Shown here piece by piece: positions 25,547 to 32,000 of a stretch of 32,000 bases of DNA. The position numbers and the translations under genes are program-made. Position 1 is the first letter of the stretch; each line of letters starts with the position of its first letter. The DNA comes from Candidatus Nanopusillus sp. (GTDB lineage: Archaea; Nanobdellota; Nanobdellia; Nanobdellales; Nanobdellaceae): NCBI GenBank assembly GCA_036845085.1, contig DAIUEN010000001.1:1-32000 (forward strand). The letters are read 5' to 3'. The notes under the pieces are model-generated. The model worked only from the letters and a program-made list of their open reading frames with translations, was not told the DNA's origin and ran no database searches.

Positions 25547-26287
25547 ATGATAAAAGTTGGTACTTGTGGTTTTCCTATTTCTAGAAAAAGATATTACGCG
25601 GAATTTAAGGTTATAGAATTAAACAATACTTTTTACAAAATCCCGGATTTAGAATGGTTAAAAAGAATAAAAGAAGAATCTCCTAAAGATTTTGAATTTA
25701 CTTTTAAAGTATTTCAAGGAATAACCCACGATGTAAATTCACCTACATGGAAAAAATCAAATATAGAAAATTATATTAACTTAAAAGGTAAAGTTGGATA
25801 TTTAAGGAATACTGAAGAAATTTTTAATTTTTGGAAAATACAAGAAGAAATAGCAAAAATATTAGAATCAAAGATAATAGTAATGCAATTACCAAATAGT
25901 TTTACAGATAATAAAGAAAATATAAAGAATGCTAATGAATTTTTTAATTCTATAGGTAATAAAAAATATAGAATAGCTATTGAATTTAGGGGTTGGAAAA
26001 AAGAAAATATAATAAGATTATGTGAAGAATTTAATCTTATCCCAATATTAGATATAAGTCATGAAGATCCATTTTATGATAGTGATATAAAATACTATAG
26101 ATTACATGGGAAATATGAAAATTCTAGAATAATATATAAATACCATTATAGTGCTGAAGAATTAAAGAAAATAGCAGAAAAAGTTTTAAAATATAATAAA
26201 TTCTCTAGTTATGTAATGTTTAATAATTCATATATGTATAAAAATGCAAAAGAGTTTTTAGAAATATTAAATAATGAAGTCTTATAA
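25547..26287 (+). CDS. DUF72 (UPF0759) family protein
   Basis: The N-terminal IKVGTCGFPISRKRYYAEFKVIELNNTFYKIP matches the DUF72 pattern (GtsGW...yy..f..vEiNstFY..P). RLHG occurs near the C-terminus. Confidence 0.75.
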   Translation: MIKVGTCGFPISRKRYYAEFKVIELNNTFYKIPDLEWLKRIKEESPKDFEFTFKVFQGITHDVNSPTWKKSNIENYINLKGKVGYLRNTEEIFNFWKIQEEIAKILESKIIVMQLPNSFTDNKENIKNANEFFNSIGNKKYRIAIEFRGWKKENIIRLCEEFNLIPILDISHEDPFYDSDIKYYRLHGKYENSRIIYKYHYSAEELKKIAEKVLKYNKFSSYVMFNNSYMYKNAKEFLEILNNEVL

Positions 26288-27044
26288 TTATTTAGTTAGA
26301 ATAAGCTATATAGGAGAAGGATTTCATGGAGTAGTTTTACAAAGAGAACAAAAAACAGTTTTGGGTGAAATATTAAGATTCTTTAATATAAAAAATTTTA
26401 AGATTTCTATTGTTTCTAGGACAGATAAGGGTGTTAATGCTGATGAAAATTATTTTGTTATCTCTACAGATAAAGAATTGGATTTTTCTAAATTTAATGT
26501 GGAAAATATTAAAATATTAAATGTTTATAGATTAACTGGATATATAAATATAAGGAAATTTTCTACTGGGAAATTGTATGAATATAGATTACCAGTTAAT
26601 TTATTTGATAAAGTATATAAACCAAGATATTTAATAAAAGACGATAAAAAAATTATTTTAAACTATGAAAAGAAAGATTTTGATTTTAATTTATATCTCG
26701 AAGCTAGTAAAAGTTTTATTGGAGAAAAAAGCTTTCATAACTTTTGTAAGGGAAAATGTGATAAGCCGATATGTAAAATATTTAAATTTGAAGTAAAAAA
26801 ATTAGATAACTATTATATAAATATTATTGAAGGTAATAGATTTCTATACGAAATGATAAGAAGGATTATTACATTTTTAATATCTGTAGGACATGGTTTA
26901 TATCCAATACAATATATTGACTTGGTATTTGATTATAAAATAGACCCAAAACCATTTCCAGCTGAAGCTAAATATTTAACATTGAAAAAAGTATATCTTG
27001 ATTGGAAAAAACTATATAATTACATAGAAGAGATAGTATTATAA
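26274..27044 (+). CDS. truA: tRNA pseudouridine synthase A family (TruA/Pus1-like)
   Basis: ISYIGEGFHGVVLQ and VSRTDKGVNA (the catalytic Asp in the RTD motif), plus EGNRFLYEMIRRI (the FL..MVR motif). Confidence 0.82.
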   Translation: MKSYNYLVRISYIGEGFHGVVLQREQKTVLGEILRFFNIKNFKISIVSRTDKGVNADENYFVISTDKELDFSKFNVENIKILNVYRLTGYINIRKFSTGKLYEYRLPVNLFDKVYKPRYLIKDDKKIILNYEKKDFDFNLYLEASKSFIGEKSFHNFCKGKCDKPICKIFKFEVKKLDNYYINIIEGNRFLYEMIRRIITFLISVGHGLYPIQYIDLVFDYKIDPKPFPAEAKYLTLKKVYLDWKKLYNYIEEIVL

Positions 27045-27067
27045 AAATATGTTTTTTATGAATTTTT

Positions 27068-27391
27068 ATGATAATTGTAATAACATTTGTACCTAAGGGC
27101 AAAGGTGAGACAATTTCTAAAGAGCTGTTGAATAAGAGATATGCTGTAAGTATTAGCATTAAAGAAGTAAAAACCTACAAAATAGAAAATGAAAATATAA
27201 AAGAATATGAAGAAGAGATGTTAATAATAAGGACTAGAAAAGAACTTTTTGATAGAATAAAAGATTATTTGAGTGAAAAAAATTTTTATAATATACCAGA
27301 AATATTAGAAATTAAAGTTTCAGACTATAATAATGAATTTTACAATATATTAGAAAGAGAAACTTCTATAAAAAAGATAAGAAATGTATGA
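27068..27391 (+). CDS. cutA: CutA1-like divalent-cation tolerance family protein
   Basis: Its size (~105 aa) and the pattern IIVITFVP....ISKELLNKRYAVSISI...EEEMLIIRTRKELFDRIKDYLSEKNFYNIPEILEIKV parallel the CutA consensus (...E..l.iKT....f..l...i...HpYevPEi). Confidence 0.55.
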   Translation: MIIVITFVPKGKGETISKELLNKRYAVSISIKEVKTYKIENENIKEYEEEMLIIRTRKELFDRIKDYLSEKNFYNIPEILEIKVSDYNNEFYNILERETSIKKIRNV

Positions 27392-28268
27392 AGAAATAAA
27401 AAAGGCCGCAAATATAGCAAAAAAAGTTAGGATTTTTTCTGAAAAATTATTAAAGCCAGAAGAAAGCCTTTTGAATATAGCTGAGCAAATAGAGCAAAAA
27501 ATAATTGATCTTGGTGGTCTTCCAGCATTTCCTGTAAATATTTCTATAAATAATATTGCTGCACATTATACTCCAACATTTGATGATAAAAGTATACTAA
27601 AAGAAGGAGATGTAGTAAAAGTAGATTTTGGTGTACAATTTGATGGTTATATAATAGATACAGCATATACTGTTGAAATAAATGATAATAAATATGAAAA
27701 TCTGATAAAAGCTTCTAAAGAAGCTTTGGAAAATGTTAGGAAGAATATAAGAAGAGATATGACTTTGGGAAAAATTGGTAGTATAATAGAAAATACAATA
27801 AAGTCTTATGGATATAACCCCATATATAATTTATCTGGACATAGAATAGATAGGTATATATTACATGCTGGAGAAAATGTACCAAACTATAATAATGGGT
27901 CTGATATAAAACTTTCTAGGGGTTTATATGCAATAGAACCTTTTGCCACCAATGGTAGTGGTTATGTAAAAGATGGAGAACCATCAACTATATACATATT
28001 TATTAATATAAAACCGATAAGAGATCCTTCTATACGTAAATTTATGGAAGAGTTGTTCAACAAATACAAAACCTTACCATTTTGTTATAGGTGGTTATAC
28101 AAAGAGTATGGAAATAAAGTTAATGTTAAATTTGCTGTTGAATATCTGAAGAAGAATAAAATTATTTACGAATACCCTGTATTGTTGGAAAATCCTGGAT
28201 ATGTAGTAACTCAGTTTGAAACTACCTTTTTTGTAAATGACGGGGTAGAGGACCTCATGTCGGAATAA
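27384..28268 (+). CDS. map: Methionine aminopeptidase, type 2 (archaeal)
   Basis: AAHYTP, GDVVKVDFGVQFDGYIIDTAYTV, LSGHRIDRYILHAG, AIEPFATNGSG and VTQFETTFFV carry the MetAP2 metal ligands and motifs. Confidence 0.93.
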   Translation: MYEEIKKAANIAKKVRIFSEKLLKPEESLLNIAEQIEQKIIDLGGLPAFPVNISINNIAAHYTPTFDDKSILKEGDVVKVDFGVQFDGYIIDTAYTVEINDNKYENLIKASKEALENVRKNIRRDMTLGKIGSIIENTIKSYGYNPIYNLSGHRIDRYILHAGENVPNYNNGSDIKLSRGLYAIEPFATNGSGYVKDGEPSTIYIFINIKPIRDPSIRKFMEELFNKYKTLPFCYRWLYKEYGNKVNVKFAVEYLKKNKIIYEYPVLLENPGYVVTQFETTFFVNDGVEDLMSE

Positions 28269-28334
28269 TATTTTGGTTTATGTTGAGATCAAATAGTATG
28301 ATGAAGATCTTCCATCGAGGACAAAATAGAAAAA

Positions 28335-28345
28335 TTTTTATATAT
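28335..28345 (+). promoter_or_regulatory. TATA-like element upstream of the histone gene
   Basis: TTTTTATATAT is centred about 25 nt upstream of the ATG at 28365. Confidence 0.35.
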
Positions 28346-28364
28346 GATTATACAATAATTATAT

Positions 28365-28592
28365 ATGGCAAAGAGGCAAACTCCATTACCAGTAGCTCCA
28401 GTATATAGAATCTTGAGAAAGGCAGGTGCTGACAGGGTAGGACAGGATGCAAAATTGGCAATGGTAGAGGTACTATATGAAATTGCACAGAAGATCGCTA
28501 GAAGGGCGGCAGAATTAGCGAAACACTCAAAGAGGAAGACTTTACAGGAAGAAGACATAAGAATTGCAGTTCAAGAACTAAGGGGACTATAA
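28365..28592 (+). CDS. Archaeal histone (HMf/histone-fold family)
   Basis: LPVAPVYRILRKAGADRVGQDAKLAMVEVLYEIAQKIARRAAELAKHSKRKTLQEEDIRIAV is a canonical single histone fold, including RKT in loop 2. Confidence 0.93.
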   Translation: MAKRQTPLPVAPVYRILRKAGADRVGQDAKLAMVEVLYEIAQKIARRAAELAKHSKRKTLQEEDIRIAVQELRGL

Positions 28593-28600
28593 AAACCAAT

Positions 28601-28613
28601 TATTTATTTTTTC
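28601..28613 (+). terminator. T-tract terminator candidate after the histone gene
   Basis: TATTTATTTTTTC lies 9 nt after the stop codon. Confidence 0.3.
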
Positions 28614-28665
28614 AAAATATATTTTTATAATTTTTAATAAATTCTTGAAAAACTTAATATAGAAA

Positions 28666-29115
28666 CTATTTTTTAATATTATTTAGTTCTTTTATCTTTT
28701 CTAGTGCCCTTTCTGCATGTTCTTCAGGACTTTTCAAAGATTTTAATATATCAACTATATCTAAATCTTTATTTATTATATATGTTATTCTAGCAGCTCC
28801 TTTACCTCTATCACTTTTTGCATTAAATAAATTAATAATCTTTAGATCTGGATCGGCAATTAAGGGAAATTTTGCTCCATATTTTTCTGCAAATTTTTTC
28901 TGAGTTTCTATATTATCATGAGATACACCTATTATTTCTGTATTATATTTTTTAAATTCTTCATATAATTCTACAAATCTCTTTAATTCTCTTGTACAAC
29001 CACTAGTAAAAGATTTTGGATAAAAGTATATTACTATAAAATCTTTCTCCTTTAATATATTACTTAAATTAATTTTACCCATAGTGCTTTCTGCTTCGAA
29101 ATCTTTTATCTTCAT
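28666..29115 (-). CDS. bcp: Peroxiredoxin, Bcp type (thioredoxin fold, AhpC/TSA family)
   Basis: IVIYFYPKSFTSGCTRELKRF holds the peroxidatic Cys in a PxxxTxxC-like context. VIGVSHDNIETQKKFAEKYGAKFPLIADPD. Confidence 0.88.
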   Translation of the reverse strand: MKIKDFEAESTMGKINLSNILKEKDFIVIYFYPKSFTSGCTRELKRFVELYEEFKKYNTEIIGVSHDNIETQKKFAEKYGAKFPLIADPDLKIINLFNAKSDRGKGAARITYIINKDLDIVDILKSLKSPEEHAERALEKIKELNNIKK

Positions 29116-29165
29116 ACTAAAAAGATTTTGACAAATTTTAAAAAATATAACTATGTTATATATTA

Positions 29166-29780
29166 ATGGTGTTTATAGAGAGAAAGCCCATGTATTTTAA
29201 AAAAGAAAAGCCAGAGTTGTTTAGAATGAATGGGATTTCTCCTAGGACTGTAGAAGAGCATTTAAAACTTTATGAAGGATATGTAGCTAAATTTAATGAA
29301 ATTATGAAGAAAATAGAAGAATTATCTAATGAAGAATTAGAAAAAGCTAATCCAACATATTCTTTAATAAGATCTCTAAAAGTTGAAATGACAAGGTCTT
29401 ATGGAGGAATTATAAATCATGAAATATATTTCGGACATTTGGGTGGAAATGGTGGAAAGCCTGGGGGGAAATTAATGGATCAAATAGAAAAAGATTTTGG
29501 ATCTTACGATAGATTTTTAAAAGAATTGAAAGCTACTGCTATGGCTGCTAGGGGTTGGGCTTGGGTATTATGGTCTTATGATTTAGAAAGATTAATGATA
29601 TCTATAGGAGATGAGCAAAATACATATATGTTTCAAAATAGTAGGATAATATTGGCTATCGATATGTTCGAACATGCATACTTTATAGATTATGGAGTAA
29701 ACAGAAAAGGATATATAGAAGCTTTCTTTAATAATTTAGACTGGAGTATTGTGGAGAAGAACTTTGATAAAATAAGGTAA
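29166..29780 (+). CDS. sod: Superoxide dismutase, Fe/Mn family (divergent N-terminal motif)
   Basis: The C-terminal ligand motif is DMFEHAYFIDYG (canonical D-x-W-E-H-A-Y-Y). INHEIYFGHLG corresponds to N-H-x-x-F-W. GWAWVLW is also present. Confidence 0.8.
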   Translation: MVFIERKPMYFKKEKPELFRMNGISPRTVEEHLKLYEGYVAKFNEIMKKIEELSNEELEKANPTYSLIRSLKVEMTRSYGGIINHEIYFGHLGGNGGKPGGKLMDQIEKDFGSYDRFLKELKATAMAARGWAWVLWSYDLERLMISIGDEQNTYMFQNSRIILAIDMFEHAYFIDYGVNRKGYIEAFFNNLDWSIVEKNFDKIR

Positions 29781-29781
29781 G

Positions 29782-30282
29782 TTATATATTAATAAATTTT
29801 TTAGTTTTTTCATATTCCAATAATTTTTCTTTAAATTTTCTTCCTAATGGTGTATAATTAGATATATCATTTTCTTTAACAATTCTATGGCATGGAATTA
29901 AAATTATAAAAGGATTATTTCTTATAGCATTTAATATTTCTATCATACTATATTTTTTATTCAATTTATGATATAGCTGCTTATAGGTAATAGTTGCTCC
30001 ATAAGGAATCTCTAATATTTTTTCATATACTTCTTTATATCTATATATATTTAATTCTATGTTAAATTTTTCTTTATTGTTTAATATTTTAACTATTTTT
30101 TCCATAAAAAATCTATCTATATTTTCATCAAAAATAAGATCTCCATTTATTCTATGAAATTTTGCAATTTTTTCCAGATTTTTTATCAATATATCAATAT
30201 TTTCATTTAAAGAATAAGCCAAAATTTTACCACTAGCTATTATATATCCGGAATATAATTCGTAATCAAAAATTTTTATCAT
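29782..30282 (-). CDS. ogt: Methylated-DNA--protein-cysteine methyltransferase (Ogt/MGMT)
   Basis: Active-site IPCHRIV (the PCHRV motif), preceded by ITYKQLY...NPFIILIPCHR. Confidence 0.88.
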   Translation of the reverse strand: MIKIFDYELYSGYIIASGKILAYSLNENIDILIKNLEKIAKFHRINGDLIFDENIDRFFMEKIVKILNNKEKFNIELNIYRYKEVYEKILEIPYGATITYKQLYHKLNKKYSMIEILNAIRNNPFIILIPCHRIVKENDISNYTPLGRKFKEKLLEYEKTKKFINI

Positions 30283-30450
30283 AAATTTATATTATAAAAA
30301 AAGTTTATATTATCCAAATATTAATTAAATTTTATGGGTTGCAAAAGAAAAAGAAAAAATGCAAATAATTAAAAAAGATTTTGGCAGCTCTGGCTAAATA
30401 TAAAAATTTTATTTTATTTTTTAAATATTTTTTCGAATCTGAACGTTATC

Positions 30451-30458
30451 TTTATAAA
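30451..30458 (+). promoter_or_regulatory. TATA box upstream of the peroxiredoxin gene
   Basis: TTTATAAA is centred about 25 nt upstream of the ATG at 30480. This supports the internal ATG rather than the TTG at 30381 as the start. Confidence 0.4.
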
Positions 30459-30479
30459 GGTAATATAAAAAATTATTAT

Positions 30480-31169
30480 ATGGACGCCGAATTTTATGAA
30501 GAACCTTTAAGAATTGGAAGCAAATTTCCAGAAATAGAAGTAGAAACGACTCATGGAAAGATAAAGCTACCAGATCATTACAAAGGAAAATGGTTTATAT
30601 TATTTAGCCATCCAGCAGATTTTACTCCAGTATGTACTACAGAATTTGTAGAGTTTGCTAGGATGTATAATAAATTTAAAGAAATAGGAGTAGAATTAAT
30701 AGGTTTATCTATAGATCAAACATTTTCGCATATAAAATGGATAGAATGGATAAAAGAGAAGTTAGGAGTGGATATTCCATTTCCAATAATTGCTGATCAC
30801 ATTGGAACATTAGCAGACTTGTTAGGAATGTTGCCTGAAAATGGATCTACATCTACAGTAAGGGCTGTATTTGTTGTTGATCCTAATGGAGTAATAAGAG
30901 CTATTATATATTATCCAATAGAAGTTGGTAGAAATATTACAGAAATATATAGGTTAGTATTAGCATTACAAACCTCAGATAAGTACAAAGTAGCATTACC
31001 GGCAAATTGGAATGTAGATAAATTAGAGTGGAAATCTTCATCATTAGTAGGAAATAAAGTTATACTACCACCTCCAAGAACTATTGAAAAAAAGAAAGAA
31101 ATAGAAGAAAAAGCAAAGAAGAAAGAAGTAGAAATGTATGATTGGTGGTTTGTTTTCAAAGATTTATAA
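30480..31169 (+). CDS. Peroxiredoxin (archaeal Prx, Prx6/1-Cys-like subfamily)
   Basis: [19 protein letters not shown] (peroxidatic Cys), [13 protein letters not shown] and PIIAD. The start is moved from the track's TTG (30381) to the ATG at 30480 ([17 protein letters not shown]). Confidence 0.92.
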   Translation: MDAEFYEEPLRIGSKFPEIEVETTHGKIKLPDHYKGKWFILFSHPADFTPVCTTEFVEFARMYNKFKEIGVELIGLSIDQTFSHIKWIEWIKEKLGVDIPFPIIADHIGTLADLLGMLPENGSTSTVRAVFVVDPNGVIRAIIYYPIEVGRNITEIYRLVLALQTSDKYKVALPANWNVDKLEWKSSSLVGNKVILPPPRTIEKKKEIEEKAKKKEVEMYDWWFVFKDL

Positions 31170-31178
31170 CTATAAAGA

Positions 31179-32000
31179 ATGATATTTTTATTTTTTGATC
31201 CTATCTATTTAGGATTAATGATTCTTGGTTATGCGTTAATGTTCCTATTAGCTTCAACGATAGCTCCAAAAGTAGCAGCAAAATTAAGTGGAAAGTTTAC
31301 ATTGTATACATCTATGATATTATTGTCTATATTAATAATAGGATCATTTTCTTTAGTTATTTATCTAATATTTTATTTTGCATTTCCAGAAACCCAAATA
31401 TCTATATTTGGTTTAATTGCTTTTGTTGTCTTAATGAACCTTATAACTTATTTAATATCCCCATATATGATAAAATTTATATATAGAGTAAAAGAGGATG
31501 AAGAAATACAGAAATATGTAGATGAAATAAAGGAAAAACTAGGATATAAAGGAAAAATTATAGGAGCTATAGCAGATGTTGATTTTCCAAATGCATTTGC
31601 TTTTGGTAATATATTATCTGGTAAATATGTAGCAGTAACTAGTAGCTTAAAAGAAATAATGGGTGAAGAAGAATTAAAAGCTGTCATTGGACATGAGATA
31701 GGTCATCATATGCATAGAGATAACCTTATAATGTTATTATTTGGTATATTACCTTCAATATTATTTTATATAGGTTATTCATTGCTATTAGGTTCTAATG
31801 ATAGAGAAAGAAATATTGTTTTATTAGCTTTAGGTATTTTTTCCATACTAGTATCTTTTATAATTCAAATATTAGTACTAGCATTTAGTAGATTAAGAGA
31901 ATATTATGCAGACTATGCTGGAGCTTTGGCTACAAGTAAAGAAAGTATGCAATCAGCATTAGTTAGATTATATTTACATTACAAAGAAAAACCAATAGAA
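31179..32000 (+). CDS. htpX: HtpX-like M48 zinc metalloprotease; 3'-partial (runs off the window)
   Basis: Hand-translated from the ATG at 31179: MIFLFFDPIYLGLMILGYALMFLL...DFPNAFAFGN...LKAVIGHEIGHHMHRDN...REYYADYAGA. It has an HExxH motif, four TM segments and the PNAFA motif typical of HtpX. It is open to the window end, so the ORF track omits it. Confidence 0.85.
   Translation, partial: MIFLFFDPIYLGLMILGYALMFLLASTIAPKVAAKLSGKFTLYTSMILLSILIIGSFSLVIYLIFYFAFPETQISIFGLIAFVVLMNLITYLISPYMIKFIYRVKEDEEIQKYVDEIKEKLGYKGKIIGAIADVDFPNAFAFGNILSGKYVAVTSSLKEIMGEEELKAVIGHEIGHHMHRDNLIMLLFGILPSILFYIGYSLLLGSNDRERNIVLLALGIFSILVSFIIQILVLAFSRLREYYADYAGALATSKESMQSALVRLYLHYKEKPIE

Noticed and set aside
28298-28304. 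C-box-like ATGATGA upstream of the histone gene as a C/D sRNA
   Set aside because: No CTGA D or D' box lies at an appropriate distance downstream and there is no terminal stem. It is most likely a chance occurrence in AT-rich spacer.
28289-28558. 89-aa minus-strand ORF overlapping the histone gene
   Set aside because: It is antisense to a canonical histone-fold CDS. It stays open only because the histone gene is relatively GC-rich, and its translation has no recognisable features.
30334-30372. 12-codon mini-[15 protein letters not shown] in the ogt-prx intergenic region
   Set aside because: It is too short, has no supporting promoter or context signal, and is a poly-A/G-rich sequence likely to be open by chance.
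30381-30479. TTG-initiated 33-aa N-terminal extension of the peroxiredoxin ORF
   Set aside because: The extension ([18 protein letters not shown]...) has no homology to Prx N-termini. It also contains the TATA box (30451-30458), which is positioned correctly for the ATG at 30480.
1-32000. CRISPR arrays, rRNA genes, IS elements or transposases, split or intron-containing tRNA genes
   Set aside because: By eye I saw no regularly spaced direct repeats, no rRNA-like GC-rich blocks and no transposase-like ORFs. The only tRNA is contiguous and folds canonically. A computational repeat search could still find short dispersed repeats that I missed.

Overview
This is an AT-rich, very gene-dense archaeal chromosome segment. 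Lineage markers are split rpoB (B''/B') and split rpoA (A'/A''), rpoH, eL30, P0, Spt5, an archaeal histone, FtsZ and a XerA-type recombinase. The single tRNA is about 70% G+C (53 of 76 nt, hand-counted) in an otherwise AT-rich background. Together with pervasive gene overlaps and TATA boxes about 25 nt from start codons, this suggests a thermophilic, genome-reduced archaeon, possibly a Nanoarchaeota/DPANN-type symbiont; that assignment is inference, not proven. Layout: (1) 236-8312, minus strand, holds a nine-gene translationally coupled operon. It encodes N-terminally anchored, Cys-rich surface proteins, a FlaJ/TadC-like polytopic membrane protein, a membrane-anchored papain-like (C1) cysteine protease and a DUF333-like protein. 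This is the accessory, likely novel part of the window: a candidate type-IV-filament-like or cell-surface/host-contact module with no ATPase or prepilin peptidase nearby. (2) 8313-9573 holds a DUF371 protein and an ATP-grasp protein. (3) 9600-19270 holds the RNA polymerase/str cluster rpoH-rpoB''-rpoB'-rpoA'-rpoA''-rpl30e-rps12-[membrane protein]-rps7. It lacks nusA and stops after rps7. (4) 19285-20886 holds a Xer-type recombinase and a nucleotidyltransferase-fold protein, separated by a GC-rich patch of nested inverted repeats with C/D-box-like motifs. (5) 20953-23640 holds rpl10(P0)-rpl1-rpl11 arranged divergently from secE-spt5. (6) 23633-32000 holds housekeeping genes: ftsZ, an FKBP PPIase, tRNA-Lys(CUU), DUF72, truA, a cutA-like gene, map and a histone. 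It also holds an oxidative-stress/repair cluster (bcp, a divergent Fe/Mn-SOD, ogt, a peroxiredoxin) and a partial htpX-like M48 protease that the ORF track does not list. No CRISPR array, rRNA or obvious transposon was seen.
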